Of a stretch of DNA of 39,011 nt, positions 7,984 to 19,094 are shown piece by piece. Source of the DNA: an uncultured Dactylococcopsis sp. (GTDB lineage: Bacteria; Cyanobacteriota; Cyanobacteriia; Cyanobacteriales; Rubidibacteraceae); the NCBI GenBank assembly GCA_964617275.1, contig CAZTXK010000001.1, forward strand, positions 1 to 39,011, given 5' to 3'. Both the position numbers and the translations under genes were made by a program. A model generated the notes under the pieces. The model did not search any database. It saw nothing but the letters and a program-made list of their open reading frames with translations, and was not told the origin of the DNA. The first letter of the stretch is position 1. Every line of letters starts with the position of its first letter.

Positions 7984-9360
7984 TTAAAGCTCAGAAGATG
8001 AAACCTCTTCTTCTAGTTCTTCAGAACCTTTTAAGTAGCGATTTTTCTCAGCAACAATGGGTTTAGCTAGCAATAGCAGTGCGATCAAGTTGGGAACTGC
8101 CATCAAACCATTCATGATTCCTGCGACTCCCCAAATTACTTGTAAGCCACCCATTGCACCAACTAAGAGGAAAGCTAAAAACAAAAGGCGATATCCTGTA
8201 ACCACCTTTGCCCCAAACACATATTCCCAACTTTTCTCACCATAAAAACTCCAAGTGAGCATTGTAGAATAAGCAAATACGGCTATGCCAATGGTAATAA
8301 TCCAAGCCCCAACATCGGGCAAAGCACTATTAAAGGCAATCGAAGCAAGAACTTCATCTTCTTCACCACTCGGTAAGCTATTAGTCACCAAAATGGGAAG
8401 TGCCGTCATGGTACAAACAACAATGGTATCAATAAACACGCCCCAGATTCCCCACATTCCTTGACCTGCTGGGGTATTTTTGGCTTGGGCATAGACAATG
8501 GAAGCTGCCCCTAGCCCTGCTTCATTGGAGAAAAGACCACGGGCAAAGCCAAATTGAATGGCTGTCCCCACAGCAGCCCCTCCGAAATTGCCTTGTGCCT
8601 CACTAGGGTTAAAACCATGGTAAAAAATCGACCCAATTGCCCCCGGAATTGCCGGTAAATTCATAACAATAATAATGAGCGACCCTAAAAGATAAAATAG
8701 AGCCATTACGGGAACAATTTTCTCCGCAGTTCTGGCAATGCGAGTAATCCCACCAAGGGTGACCAGCCCCACTAAGATAACAAGGACAATCCCCGTTACC
8801 GGAGTGGGAATATCTAAACTATTCTGCAACTGAGTGGAAACAGTATTGGACTGCACCATATTTCCAATGCCCAAAGCGGCAACGCCAGCAAGCACGGCAT
8901 AGATTACTGCTAAAGGCTTCCACTTTTGACCTAAGCCATTTTGGATGTAGTACATCACCCCGCCAGAAACTTCCCCGGTTTCAGGATCAATTTCTCGGTA
9001 CTTTACCCCTAGTGAGGCTTCCCCAAATTTCGTTGCCATTCCCACTAACGCAGAAATCCACATCCAAAATACAGCTCCGGGGCCTCCGATTGCCATGGCG
9101 GTACTAACGCCAGCAATATTACCGACTCCAATCGTTCCTGACATTGCTGAAGTAACAGCTTGGAATGAGGTAATTGCCCCATCTTCACGACTTTGGTTTC
9201 GAGCAAACAATCGACCAAAGGTTTCTTTCCAAATCGTTCCGATGTGAGTAAATTGAAAAAATCGCAGCCGAATCGTTAAATAAAGCCCTGTTCCAATCAG
9301 GAGAATAATCAAGGGAAGGCCCCAGACAATACCTTCAATCTTCGCAATGATGTCTTCCAT
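7984..9360 (-). CDS. agcS: Sodium:alanine/glycine symporter (AGCS family)
   Basis: GTIGVGNIAGV, GGPGAVFWMW, GNMVQSN, RGLFSNEAGLG and FIDTIVVCTMT motifs. Confidence 0.92.
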   Translation of the reverse strand: MEDIIAKIEGIVWGLPLIILLIGTGLYLTIRLRFFQFTHIGTIWKETFGRLFARNQSREDGAITSFQAVTSAMSGTIGVGNIAGVSTAMAIGGPGAVFWMWISALVGMATKFGEASLGVKYREIDPETGEVSGGVMYYIQNGLGQKWKPLAVIYAVLAGVAALGIGNMVQSNTVSTQLQNSLDIPTPVTGIVLVILVGLVTLGGITRIARTAEKIVPVMALFYLLGSLIIIVMNLPAIPGAIGSIFYHGFNPSEAQGNFGGAAVGTAIQFGFARGLFSNEAGLGAASIVYAQAKNTPAGQGMWGIWGVFIDTIVVCTMTALPILVTNSLPSGEEDEVLASIAFNSALPDVGAWIITIGIAVFAYSTMLTWSFYGEKSWEYVFGAKVVTGYRLLFLAFLLVGAMGGLQVIWGVAGIMNGLMAVPNLIALLLLAKPIVAEKNRYLKGSEELEEEVSSSEL

Positions 9361-9476
9361 AATTTGAGTTAATATTTCTAAGTGATCACCGTCTTTTCAA
9401 TGAAAAAAAGGATTAAATTGCTTCCTTGTTAGCACGGATTTTACTACTTAAACCGTTAGATTGAAAACAAAATTTC

Positions 9477-12400
9477 TCAAACTTCCTTAATATATTCTTG
9501 TAGAGCCTTTACATCTAATGATCCTGACTGTAACGCCCGAATTGCTGCCACATTCGCTTTCGCACCGGCAATTGTGGTTACCATGGGAATTTTATAAGCA
9601 AGGGCAGTGCGTCGAATAAGTTGCCCGTCTGTTTGCGCTTCTTGACCGGTGGGGGTATTAATAATTAGCTGGATATTGCGGTTTTTAATGGCATCTAACA
9701 CATTCGGACGACCTTGATGCAGTTTCAGCAGTAATTCTACTTCTAACCCCTCTGCTTCTAAGGCAGCTTTTGTCCCTTCGGTGGCAATAATTTGAAAGCC
9801 TAATTGGATAAAGTCCTTCACAATGGGAATCAACAGTTGTTTATCCCGATCATTGGTAGAAACAAAGACCGTTCCTGATAAGGGTAAGCGTTGACCGGCT
9901 GCTAATTCTGCTTTAGCAAAGGCTTTCCCAAATTCATAATCAATGCCCATTACTTCCCCAGTGGAGCGCATTTCGGGACCAAGAATGACATCGGTTTCCG
10001 GGAATTTATCAAAGGGAAACACGGCTTCTTTCACCGCAATATGTTTGGGTTTGGGTTCCGTGGTGAAGTTTAATTGAGTAAGGGTTTTCCCTGACATGAC
10101 AAGGGAAGCCAGTTTGGCAAGAGGAAACCCCGTGGCTTTGGAGACAAAGGGAACGGTACGGGAAGCGCGGGGATTGGCTTCGAGGATATAAACAGTGTCT
10201 CCCTGTACCGCGAACTGGATATTCATTAAGCCTACTACTTTTAAGGCTTTAGCAAGTTGGGCGGTTCCTTTGCGGATAGTATTGATGACATTTTCATCGA
10301 GAGAGACATAGGGAAGGGAACAAGCGGAGTCGCCAGAGTGAACCCCAGCTTGTTCAATATGTTCCATAATGCCGCCAATGACGACGTTTCCTTCTTGATC
10401 AGCGATCGCGTCCACATCAACTTCGATCGCGTTTTCTAAGAATTTATCAATCAAAATCGGGTGTTCGGGTTCCACCTGCACCGCAAAACTCATATAATGC
10501 TCTAATTCTTGATCAGAATAGACAATTTCCATGGCCCGACCCCCCAACACATAAGACGGACGCACCACCACGGGATAGCCAATTTTTCCCGCAATAATCA
10601 GGGCTTCATCATAACTCCGTGCTAACCCGTTCGGCGGCTGATCAATGACTAATTCTCGTAAAATCTGTTCAAAGCGTTGTCTGTCTTCAGCAATATCAAT
10701 GGAATCGGGAGAGGTTCCCCAAATTTTTGTCGGAATCGTATCTTGATGGCGATGTAAATACTCTTCGAGAGAGACGGCTAATTTTAACGGCGTTTGTCCG
10801 CCAAATTGAATAATAATGCCCCGAGGACGTTCCACAGCAATAATATTAAACACATCTTCGCGGGTTAGCGGTTCAAAATAGAGGCGATCGCTGGTGTCAT
10901 AATCTGTAGAAACGGTTTCAGGATTGGAATTGACCATAATCGTTTCATAACCCGCTTCTCCTAGAGAAAATGAGGCATGACAGCAACAATAGTCAAACTC
11001 AATCCCCTGTCCAATGCGATTGGGGCCACCGCCTAAAATCATTACTTTGGGCTTTTCGGAGGGAATGACCTCTGATTCTCCTTCCTCATAGGTAGAGTAA
11101 TAATAGGGGGTAAAGGCTTCAAATTCGGCGGCGCAAGTATCCACCATTTTATACACAGGAAAAATATTAAGTTCTCTTCGCTTTTGTTCCACATCCCCTT
11201 CCTGAGTCTTGGTAGCAAAAGCAATTTGATAATCACTGAAGCCTAGCTGTTTAATTTCCCGCATTTGAGTCGCGGTAATTTCCTGTAAGGGGGTAGCCTT
11301 GAGGAAGTCTTCTCCCTCAGCAATTTCTTGAAGTTTATGGAGAAACCAAGGATCAATCTGGGTTAACTCATGGATATCTGCCACACTCATTCCTAATTGA
11401 AAGCCGTGGCGGATACTGAAAGCGCGATCGGGCGTTGCGGTGCGTAAGCTAGCCTGCACTTGATTGAGAGAGGGCAACTCTTCCTCTTGGTCGCATCCCC
11501 AGCCATAACGCCCAGTTTCAAGGGAACGCAGTGCCTTTTGGAAGGATTCACAAAACGTGCGCCCAATTGCCATCGCTTCCCCCACAGATTTCATTTGCGT
11601 AGTTAAATAGGGCTTAGAACCGGGGAATTTCTCGAAGGTAAAACGAGGAATTTTAGTCACCACATAATCAATAGTGGGTTCAAAGGAAGCGGGAGTCTGC
11701 TTCGTAATATCGTTGGGAATTTCATCAAGGGTATAGCCAACCGCTAGTTTGGCGGCAAATTTGGCAATGGGAAACCCTGTCGCTTTCGAGGCTAAAGCCG
11801 AGGAACGGGAAACGCGAGGATTCATTTCAATGACTACCACTTCCCCATCTACTGGGTTAACGGCAAACTGAATATTCGATCCCCCAGTTTCAACGCCAAT
11901 TTCACGGATAATTTGTTTCGAGTAATCTCGTAGGCGTTGGTATTCTTTATCAGTGAGGGTTTGCGCGGGTGCAACGGTGATAGAATCCCCGGTATGAACG
12001 CCCATGGGATCAAAATTCTCAATGGAACAAATAATGACCACATTATCGGCAAGATCGCGCATTACCTCCAATTCGTACTCTTTCCAGCCTAAGAGGGAGC
12101 GTTCAACCAGAATCTGGGAAACGGGACTGGCATCGAGTCCTAAATGCGCTTTTTCTTCAAATTCCTCTTGATTATAAGCAATACCGCCGCCACTTCCCCC
12201 AAGGGTGTAAGCCGGACGAATAATAATGGGATAGGTGCCAATCTCTTGTTGCGCGATCGCGCGAGCTTCTTCTAAACTACCAGCAATCCCAGACGGACAC
12301 ACGGGAATATTAATCCGTTCCATGGCTTGCTTAAATAGCTGGCGATCTTCAGCCATGCTAATTGCCGGGAGTTTTGCCCCAATCAAATCCACATTATAGG

Positions 12401-12728
12401 CTTCTAAAACCCCAGCATTAGCTAAATCCACGGCAACATTCAACGCCGTTTGTCCCCCCATTGTCGGTAACAGGGCATCCGGGCGTTCTTTAGCAATAAT
12501 TTTTTCTACTACGTCAGGGGTAAGCGGTTCAATATAAGTGCGTTCCGTCGTTTCCGGGTCAGTCATAATGGTAGCTGGGTTAGAATTGACCAGTACCACA
12601 TCATAGCCTTCTTCTCGCAGGGCTTTACAGGCTTGCGTTCCTGAATAGTCGAACTCGCAGGCTTGTCCAATGATAATGGGGCCAGCACCTAGAACTAGAA
12701 TTTTTTGGAGATCAGTACGACGGGGCAT
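9477..12728 (-). CDS. carB: Carbamoyl-phosphate synthase large subunit
   Basis: [30 protein letters not shown] start at 12728, two ATP-grasp halves and a C-terminal MGS domain. Confidence 0.98.
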   Translation of the reverse strand: MPRRTDLQKILVLGAGPIIIGQACEFDYSGTQACKALREEGYDVVLVNSNPATIMTDPETTERTYIEPLTPDVVEKIIAKERPDALLPTMGGQTALNVAVDLANAGVLEAYNVDLIGAKLPAISMAEDRQLFKQAMERINIPVCPSGIAGSLEEARAIAQQEIGTYPIIIRPAYTLGGSGGGIAYNQEEFEEKAHLGLDASPVSQILVERSLLGWKEYELEVMRDLADNVVIICSIENFDPMGVHTGDSITVAPAQTLTDKEYQRLRDYSKQIIREIGVETGGSNIQFAVNPVDGEVVVIEMNPRVSRSSALASKATGFPIAKFAAKLAVGYTLDEIPNDITKQTPASFEPTIDYVVTKIPRFTFEKFPGSKPYLTTQMKSVGEAMAIGRTFCESFQKALRSLETGRYGWGCDQEEELPSLNQVQASLRTATPDRAFSIRHGFQLGMSVADIHELTQIDPWFLHKLQEIAEGEDFLKATPLQEITATQMREIKQLGFSDYQIAFATKTQEGDVEQKRRELNIFPVYKMVDTCAAEFEAFTPYYYSTYEEGESEVIPSEKPKVMILGGGPNRIGQGIEFDYCCCHASFSLGEAGYETIMVNSNPETVSTDYDTSDRLYFEPLTREDVFNIIAVERPRGIIIQFGGQTPLKLAVSLEEYLHRHQDTIPTKIWGTSPDSIDIAEDRQRFEQILRELVIDQPPNGLARSYDEALIIAGKIGYPVVVRPSYVLGGRAMEIVYSDQELEHYMSFAVQVEPEHPILIDKFLENAIEVDVDAIADQEGNVVIGGIMEHIEQAGVHSGDSACSLPYVSLDENVINTIRKGTAQLAKALKVVGLMNIQFAVQGDTVYILEANPRASRTVPFVSKATGFPLAKLASLVMSGKTLTQLNFTTEPKPKHIAVKEAVFPFDKFPETDVILGPEMRSTGEVMGIDYEFGKAFAKAELAAGQRLPLSGTVFVSTNDRDKQLLIPIVKDFIQLGFQIIATEGTKAALEAEGLEVELLLKLHQGRPNVLDAIKNRNIQLIINTPTGQEAQTDGQLIRRTALAYKIPMVTTIAGAKANVAAIRALQSGSLDVKALQEYIKEV

Positions 12729-12838
12729 ATTCCCTAACAGTAATCTTTTGGTCTCTATAATTTTACCCCCCATAAGCGTACTCATCCTACGGGGGGTAAA
12801 ACCTTGATTGATTTTAAACTCTTGATTTTTTCGTTAAA

Positions 12839-13381
12839 TTAGCTTTTAGAGCCTTTGAGGTACGCTAACATTGTATCGGCATCAGACACTTCAAACGGGT
12901 CAGTGGGGCAATTATCTTGATAGTCTGGTTCAATGAAAATCTTTTCAATTTTACGATCATTGACCACCATGGAATAACGCCAAGAACGCATTCCAAAGCC
13001 CAGATTTTCTTTCTCTACAAGCATTCCCATTTTACGGGTAAAGTCCCCATTGCCATCAGGAAGCATAAAGACTTTTTCTGCACCCTGTTTTTTCGACCAT
13101 TGGAACATAACAAAGGCATCATTAACGGAGAGACAAATTACTTCGTCAATGCCTTGAGCGCGAATTTCATCATATAATTCTTCATAGCGAGGCAAGTGAG
13201 TGGAAGAGCAAGTAGGGGTAAATGCCCCGGGAAGCGCAAATAAAACCACTCGTTTCCCACCAAAAATTTCTTGAGTGGTGCGATCTTGCCAACGGAAGGG
13301 GTTTTCCCCACCGACGGATTCATCACGGACACGGGTCCGAAATACGACATCAGGGATAGTTTGTTCAACAGCGACACTCAT
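12839..13381 (-). CDS. Type II peroxiredoxin (Prx5-like)
   Basis: [15 protein letters not shown] peroxidatic motif, SVNDAFVM and GMRSWRYSM. Confidence 0.92.
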   Translation of the reverse strand: MSVAVEQTIPDVVFRTRVRDESVGGENPFRWQDRTTQEIFGGKRVVLFALPGAFTPTCSSTHLPRYEELYDEIRAQGIDEVICLSVNDAFVMFQWSKKQGAEKVFMLPDGNGDFTRKMGMLVEKENLGFGMRSWRYSMVVNDRKIEKIFIEPDYQDNCPTDPFEVSDADTMLAYLKGSKS

Positions 13382-13457
13382 TAGCTTTTTCCTTGGTGAT
13401 TTAACTTAACAATTGCTACTATATCGTGCTTAGAGCCTTGATTAAAGAGGTTTCAAG

Positions 13458-13470
13458 GAGAATCATTCTC
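13458..13470. promoter_or_regulatory. Candidate Fur-family (Fur/PerR) operator
   Basis: Perfect 6-1-6 palindrome GAGAAT-C-ATTCTC in the divergent intergenic region upstream of the peroxiredoxin. Confidence 0.4.
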
Positions 13471-13480
13471 TAGAGAGAGT

Positions 13481-13566
13481 CTTTTGTCTTTTGTCTCTTG
13501 TCCTTCGTCCTTTGTAAAACAGTGACCAGTCATCAGGGAACCAATAACCAATAACGAATAACTAAT
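13481..13566. repeat. Heptamer tandem repeats
   Basis: CTTTTGTCTTTTGTCTCTTGTCCTTCGTCCTTTGT, then ACCAATAACCAATAACGAATAACTAAT; the same two types as at 4865-4972, in reverse orientation. Confidence 0.7.
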
Positions 13567-13571
13567 CCCTT

Positions 13572-14363
13572 ATGTTTTTATTTTTCTCGAAATTACTGCC
13601 ACTTTTTGTTTATCCCCTTGGATTAGCAAGTATTCTATTGCTAGTTGGTTTAATTATTGCTTGGAAACGTCCCTATTTTGCCTTATTTCCTATGGGAATT
13701 GCTTTAGGATTGATTTTAATTTTTAGTAATGCTTGGGTGAGTTCTCTATTAACCCAATCTTTGGAATGGCAACATATTTCTAATGAGGAATTACCAGAAA
13801 CAGAGGCAATCATTTTATTAGGAGGGTCAACTCAAGCTCCAATTCCCCCAAGGAATACGGTGGAAATTAACGATTCCGGCGATCGCGTTTTCTATGCCGC
13901 TCATCTTTATAAAGCAGGAAAAGCCCCCATTATCATTGCCACTGGCGGAGGCATTTCTTGGTTAGGTAAAACCATCCCTGAAGCGAATAATATGAAACAA
14001 TTACTGGTAGCAATGGGTGTGCCACCTTCAGCGGTTATTGAAGAAACCCATGCCCTAAATACCCATGAAAATGCTGTTTATACTAAGGAAATTTTAGAGG
14101 AAAGAGGCATTGAAAAAGCCCTGTTAGTTACCTCTGCTTTTCATATGCCACGGTCAGTATTAACGTTTAAAAAACAAGAAATTAATATTATTCCTGCCCC
14201 CACTGATTTTTCAATAACCAAACAACATTGGGAACAATTACAAAGTACCCCTCAAGCTACTTTAATCAATTCTCTTCCCAGTGCTGGTAATCTCGAACAA
14301 ACGACTAAAGTTTTGAAAGAATATCTGGGAATTTTCATCTATTGGTTAAGAGGGTGGATTTAA
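13572..14363 (+). CDS. YdcF/ElyC (DUF218) family protein
   Basis: IILLGG, IIATGG, ALNTHENA, LLVTSAFHMPRS and KEYLG motifs; N-terminal TM helices. Confidence 0.9.
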   Translation: MFLFFSKLLPLFVYPLGLASILLLVGLIIAWKRPYFALFPMGIALGLILIFSNAWVSSLLTQSLEWQHISNEELPETEAIILLGGSTQAPIPPRNTVEINDSGDRVFYAAHLYKAGKAPIIIATGGGISWLGKTIPEANNMKQLLVAMGVPPSAVIEETHALNTHENAVYTKEILEERGIEKALLVTSAFHMPRSVLTFKKQEINIIPAPTDFSITKQHWEQLQSTPQATLINSLPSAGNLEQTTKVLKEYLGIFIYWLRGWI

Positions 14364-14434
14364 ATCTTTCCTTTTCTCTGTTCCCATAAAAAATAACAAC
14401 TCAGCTTCTCAACCGACTAAGAAACGCTATAATT

Positions 14435-15070
14435 ATGTCCTTAATAAAATGTAATCTTTGTCAAGGAAACACGCGACCTTTTTTTCAAGGAAGACATGGG
14501 GAATATTTGATCTGTAATCAATGCCGAGGCGTTTCCTTATCGCCAAAATATCTTCCTACTCCCGAAGCCGAAAAAGCGCGGTATGAAACCCATAATAATG
14601 ATGTCAAAGATGTCAGATATCAAAAGTTTGTGTCTCCCATTGTTAATCAAGTTCTAGCGGAGTGTGGGTCACAAGATCAGGGCTTGGATTTTGGTTGCGG
14701 AACGGGACCAGTGATTCATTATCTTTTACAACAAGAAGGTTATTCAATTACTCAATATGATCCTTTTTTCTGCAATCAACCGGAGGTTTTAAATGAAACT
14801 TATGATTATATTATCTGTTGTGAAGTAATTGAGCATTTTCATAATCCTCGCCAAGAATTTAGTCAGCTTTATTCTCTTTTAAGTTCACACGGAAAACTTT
14901 ATTGTATGACTGATTTATTTACGGAAGAAATTGATTTTGAAAACTGGTCATATAAAGACGATTTTACTCATGTCTTTTTTTATAGCTCCGAAACAATTCA
15001 ATGGATTCAACAAGAGTATGGATTTAGCAATGCTGAAATTAAAGGGCGACTGATTATATTAGAAAAATAA
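14435..15070 (+). CDS. Class I SAM-dependent methyltransferase with N-terminal CxxC...CxxC
   Basis: LDFGCGTG SAM-binding motif, YDPFF, EVIEHF, DFTHV; CNLC and CNQC. Confidence 0.88.
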   Translation: MSLIKCNLCQGNTRPFFQGRHGEYLICNQCRGVSLSPKYLPTPEAEKARYETHNNDVKDVRYQKFVSPIVNQVLAECGSQDQGLDFGCGTGPVIHYLLQQEGYSITQYDPFFCNQPEVLNETYDYIICCEVIEHFHNPRQEFSQLYSLLSSHGKLYCMTDLFTEEIDFENWSYKDDFTHVFFYSSETIQWIQQEYGFSNAEIKGRLIILEK

Positions 15071-15213
15071 TTAGGGTCTGCTGAAAAAGTTCAATTTCGG
15101 TGGTGCTCGTTATTGGTTATTCGAGAAGCGGGAGTTAACTTATTATCTGTAATTTTCAGCGCGATCACACTTCTCCCCCTTAAAATTTGCTAAATAATAA
15201 GCTATCAGGTTAA

Positions 15214-15492
15214 ATGCTTGAATTTGATTGGGATGAGAGCAAACGGTTTCTCAACAAAGAAAAACATGGAATTGATTTCTATTTGGCTTGTCGAGTGTTT
15301 TGGGGCAACACAATTCAGAAGAAAGTCTGGAAAAATGGTGAGGAGAGAAAAATTGCAATTGGTAAGATAGGAGATGATGTTATATTTATCGTTTTTGTAG
15401 AGCGAGAAAATACCATCAGGTTGATTAGTGCCAGACCGGCTAACAAAGATGAACGTAAACTCTACCGACAACGTTACCCGCGTAACTCCTAG
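15214..15492 (+). CDS. brnT: BrnT-family (DUF497) ribonuclease toxin
   Basis: EFDWDESK...NKEKHGIDF, GEER and IRLISARPA..ER motifs. Confidence 0.88.
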   Translation: MLEFDWDESKRFLNKEKHGIDFYLACRVFWGNTIQKKVWKNGEERKIAIGKIGDDVIFIVFVERENTIRLISARPANKDERKLYRQRYPRNS

Positions 15493-15667
15493 AGAAGTTT
15501 GGGAGGCTGAAGATCAAACGGATTGGGATGGAGTAAGGTCAATGACCGATGAGGATATTAAAGCCGCGATCGCTGATGATCCTGACACATTTGAAACTGA
15601 TGAGGAATTTTGGGACGATGCTGTTTCTTGTCCACCCCTGACTTTTATTGAATCAGACCACTCTTAA
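15449..15667 (+). CDS. BrnA-like antitoxin, N-terminal acidic part only
   Basis: Overlaps the brnT 3' end. TDWDGVRSMTDEDI..AIADDPD...EEFWDDA resembles BrnA N-termini, but the ORF stops before any ribbon-helix-helix domain. Confidence 0.65.
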   Translation: MNVNSTDNVTRVTPREVWEAEDQTDWDGVRSMTDEDIKAAIADDPDTFETDEEFWDDAVSCPPLTFIESDHS

Positions 15668-15720
15668 AAACGCCTTCTGTTCTGTCATTAGTGCGAGAAA
15701 AAGATGCGTGACAGTTGGGG

Positions 15721-15820
15721 TATAGCAATTTTAAGTTAGTTGTACCCCCCTTTAATTTCCCCCAAAAGTGCAGGGGTTAGGGGGATTGGTGGGGGCTACT
15801 AACCAGATCATATTGCTATA
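15721..15820. mobile_element. 100-bp MITE-like element
   Basis: Perfect 9-bp terminal inverted repeats TATAGCAAT (15721-15729)/ATTGCTATA (15812-15820) enclosing C-run/G-run sequence. Confidence 0.6.
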
Positions 15821-15852
15821 ACCTATTTCAAGGGATTTAAAGCGAGGAAAGG

Positions 15853-16080
15853 TCAAAGCCAGCCAGCACTTAAAACAATGGTGCTACTAATAAAAACTAA
15901 CCCTAATCCCCAAGTAATCCGATTCAGGTTTTTCTCTGCACTCTTGGTGCTAGTAAAGAGTTCTGCTTGACCGCTTAATCCTCCTAAGCCATCACCTTTC
16001 GGGGAGTGTAGCAAGACAAGAACAATTAATAAAATAGCCGAAGCAACGGAAATAATTTCTACAAGTTGATTAACAGTCAT
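15853..16080 (-). CDS. secG: Preprotein translocase subunit SecG
   Basis: LVLLHSPKGDGLGG..FTSTKSAEKNLNRITW. Confidence 0.95.
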   Translation of the reverse strand: MTVNQLVEIISVASAILLIVLVLLHSPKGDGLGGLSGQAELFTSTKSAEKNLNRITWGLGLVFISSTIVLSAGWL

Positions 16081-16115
16081 TTTTTCAAGTTAAATGATAG
16101 AAGTTTACATTAAGC

Positions 16116-17714
16116 CTACAAGGAAACATCCACGGGCGTACGATTGGGCTTCACTTGGATATTACTGCTTGCGATGAGCGATTGTCCAGTCATTTCCTCA
16201 GGCTGAGGAATTTTGAGAATTTCTAAAATTGTCGGTGCAATATCAGCCAGACAACCCTTCTCTCGTAATTGTACTTCCCCGCCATGTCCTTGAATTTTCC
16301 GTTTTTCCCCTTCTACTAGGAGAAAAGGAACAAGGTTGGTGGTGTGGGCTGTCCAAGGATTGCCGTCAGCGTCCGCCATATATTCGGAGTTACCATGATC
16401 GGCAGTAATAAGAGCCGTTCCTCCCATTTTACTAATACTTTCTAGGAGTTGTCCTAAACAAGTATCGACTGTTTCTACGCCGGTAATGGCTGCATCTAAA
16501 TTCCCCGTATGACCAACCATATCAGGATTGGCATAGTTAATGACCACTAGAGAATAAACCCCTTTTTCGATCGCGTGACAGGCGACATCAGTTACTTTCT
16601 GGGCTGACATTTCTGGGGCTTTATCATAGGTGGAAACCAAGGGGCTATTGATCAGTTTTCGATCTTCCCCTGAAAAAGGCTGTTCCTCCCCGCCGTTAAA
16701 GAAATAGGTAACATGAGGATATTTTTCCGTTTCTGCAGTACGGAACTGTTTTAACCCTTGATCAGCGATGACTTCCCCGAGGATCTTCTTGAGGTTTTGA
16801 GGCTTAAACGCGACTTCTACTGGGAGGGTTGCGTCATATTGGGTAAAGGTGGCAAAGTGAAGAGGCTGGATGGGCTTGCGTTCAAAGCCATCAAAGTCGG
16901 AATTAACAAAAGCCGCGGTGAGTTGTCGTGCGCGATCGGGACGGAAGTTAAAAAAGATTACGCCATCGTCGGCTTCCACCCCACCAGAAGCAACCCGAGT
17001 CGGAGGAATAAATTCATCGGTGATTTCCTTGTCATAATTGCTTTGAAGCAGTTCAGTGGGCGAAATTTCATTTTCACAGTCGCTTTCGCAAAGAACGCGA
17101 TAGGTTTTTTCCGTTCGATCCCAGCGTTGATCGCGATCCATAGCATAATAACGTCCACTAACAGTGACGATTTTTCCGACACCGACTTGTTCGGTATAGG
17201 CTTTGATTTTTTCCAGGGCGATGATCCCATTTTTGGGATCAGTATCTCGTCCGTCGGTAAAGGCGTGAATACACACCTCGTTAATGCCTTGCGCTTGAGC
17301 TAATTTCAGTAACCCCAGAATATGAGACAGATGAGAATGAACCCCACCTTCGGAACATAAGCCCATCAGGTGCAATTTTCCCCCACTACTTTTCACCTTT
17401 TGGCAGATGTTGACGAGGACAGAATTTTCTAAGATAGAATCATCTTCTACGGCATCAGAGATCCGAACTAACTCTTGCGGAACCACTCGCCCTGCACCAA
17501 GGTTAAGATGACCTACCTCAGAATTTCCCATTTGGCTTGCCGGTAAGCCAACTGCTTTTCCTGAGGCTTGGATATGAGTGAGGGGATACACTGCTTGTAA
17601 GCTATCCATAACGGGGGTATTTCCTAGCGCGATCGCGTTTGCCGCTTCTCTTTCGCTAGTTCCCCAACCGTCAAGAATCACTAGCACCACAGGGGCAATC
17701 GGTGCATCTGTCAT
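16116..17714 (-). CDS. gpmI: 2,3-bisphosphoglycerate-independent phosphoglycerate mutase
   Basis: LVILDGWG, MGNSEVGH, AETEKYPHVTYFFNGG, NPDMVGHTG and TADHGN; start at 17714 (MTDAPIAP) preferred. Confidence 0.97.
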   Translation of the reverse strand: MTDAPIAPVVLVILDGWGTSEREAANAIALGNTPVMDSLQAVYPLTHIQASGKAVGLPASQMGNSEVGHLNLGAGRVVPQELVRISDAVEDDSILENSVLVNICQKVKSSGGKLHLMGLCSEGGVHSHLSHILGLLKLAQAQGINEVCIHAFTDGRDTDPKNGIIALEKIKAYTEQVGVGKIVTVSGRYYAMDRDQRWDRTEKTYRVLCESDCENEISPTELLQSNYDKEITDEFIPPTRVASGGVEADDGVIFFNFRPDRARQLTAAFVNSDFDGFERKPIQPLHFATFTQYDATLPVEVAFKPQNLKKILGEVIADQGLKQFRTAETEKYPHVTYFFNGGEEQPFSGEDRKLINSPLVSTYDKAPEMSAQKVTDVACHAIEKGVYSLVVINYANPDMVGHTGNLDAAITGVETVDTCLGQLLESISKMGGTALITADHGNSEYMADADGNPWTAHTTNLVPFLLVEGEKRKIQGHGGEVQLREKGCLADIAPTILEILKIPQPEEMTGQSLIASSNIQVKPNRTPVDVSL

Positions 17715-17932
17715 AATTCTCTTCTCTACTTCTGTGCTGTTCACCGCTATGATAATATCACGACTGATCGCTTGGCACCTTAGTGGGGGCTTCTCCTAAC
17801 CGCTCTGGCTAGAATTTTCAGGTAATTTTTATTGATCCCCGATATGATGTCATTAATTTAATCGATCAAGCTGGATTTTATCATTTTCTTGACATTTTAC
17901 TTGAATTTGCCAATTTTATCGTAATTTTAAAC

Positions 17933-19027
17933 TTATTTCGTTTTTTCTGTTAATTGGGAGAGTCGTTCTTGTTGATCTTGAGAGATGCAAGATTGAATCA
18001 CATCTTCTAAATTCCCTTCTAAGACTGGCTCTAAGTTAAAATTAACCCCTAAACGATGATCAGTGACACGGCTGTCTTTGTAATTATAGGTGCGAATTTT
18101 CTCTGAGCGTCCCCCCGTTCCTACCTGCGATCGCCGCATGGAGGTTACTTCTTCATTCTGTTCTCGTATTTTCTGCTCATAGAGTTTTGACCGCAGAATT
18201 TGCATCGCCCGTTCTCGGTTTTTCAGCTGCGATCGTTCCTGAGTGCAGAAAATGCGAATCCCAAGCGGCTTATAATACAAATCTACTGCCGTTTCCACCT
18301 TATTCACATTTTGTCCCCCAGCACCGCCAGAGCGAGCGGTGGTAATTTCCACATCTTTGGGATCAATTTCGACTTCCACATCATCCACTTCTGGCATAAT
18401 AGCAACCGTTGCCGTGGAAGTGTGAACCCGCCCTCCCGCTTCTGTAGCTGGCACTCGTTGAACGCGATGCACTCCTGCTTCAAATTTGAGCTTACTATAA
18501 ACGCGATCGCCTTTAATTTCTAAAATCGCTTCTTTAAACCCGCCAGTTTCTGATTCTGATTCACTGGCTAGACTAATACTCCAACCTTGGCTTTCTGCAT
18601 AACGGGAGTACATTTTCACTAAGTCTCCCACCCATAAACAGGCTTCATCACCACCGGTTCCAGCGCGAATCTCCAACATGATATTTTTCTCATCATTGGG
18701 GTCTTTTGGAAGCAACATGAGCTTCATTTTACGCTCTAGCTGTTCCAGTTTCCCCTCTAATTCACGGACTTCAGAGGAAGCCAATTCTTGCATTTCGGGA
18801 TCGCCACTGGCTTCTTTATAAATCTCCCGCGCTTCGGCTAAGTCTTCTTGCGTTTTTTTCCACTCGTTATAAATTTCAACCGTTTCTTCAAGGGACGATC
18901 GCGCTTTTGCTACCCGTTGTAATTCTTCGGGATCCGTGGCAATATCCGGGTCTCCTAAACGACGAGTGAGTTCGTTATAGGTTTCTTCCACGGATTGCAG
19001 TTTTTCCAAAACGTAGGATTCAGCCAT
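17933..19027 (-). CDS. prfA: Peptide chain release factor 1
   Basis: GAGGQNVN motif and RF1-type VPATE anticodon-mimic motif. Confidence 0.97.
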   Translation of the reverse strand: MAESYVLEKLQSVEETYNELTRRLGDPDIATDPEELQRVAKARSSLEETVEIYNEWKKTQEDLAEAREIYKEASGDPEMQELASSEVRELEGKLEQLERKMKLMLLPKDPNDEKNIMLEIRAGTGGDEACLWVGDLVKMYSRYAESQGWSISLASESESETGGFKEAILEIKGDRVYSKLKFEAGVHRVQRVPATEAGGRVHTSTATVAIMPEVDDVEVEIDPKDVEITTARSGGAGGQNVNKVETAVDLYYKPLGIRIFCTQERSQLKNRERAMQILRSKLYEQKIREQNEEVTSMRRSQVGTGGRSEKIRTYNYKDSRVTDHRLGVNFNLEPVLEGNLEDVIQSCISQDQQERLSQLTEKTK

Positions 19028-19094
19028 GAGGTTAATTCGTTATTGATTTCTTAATTGCTTGTTACCTCCTCACCAGATTTAGGCTAGAAATTGG

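Noticed and set aside
9361-9476. Possible glycine riboswitch upstream of agcS
   Set aside because: The spacer is only 116 bp, AT-rich, and lacks recognisable aptamer stems or the GGAGA/CAGG core.
16758-17303. 181-aa plus-strand ORF and the many other short ORFs overlapping ribosomal and metabolic genes
   Set aside because: Antisense or alternate-frame shadows of strongly conserved genes.
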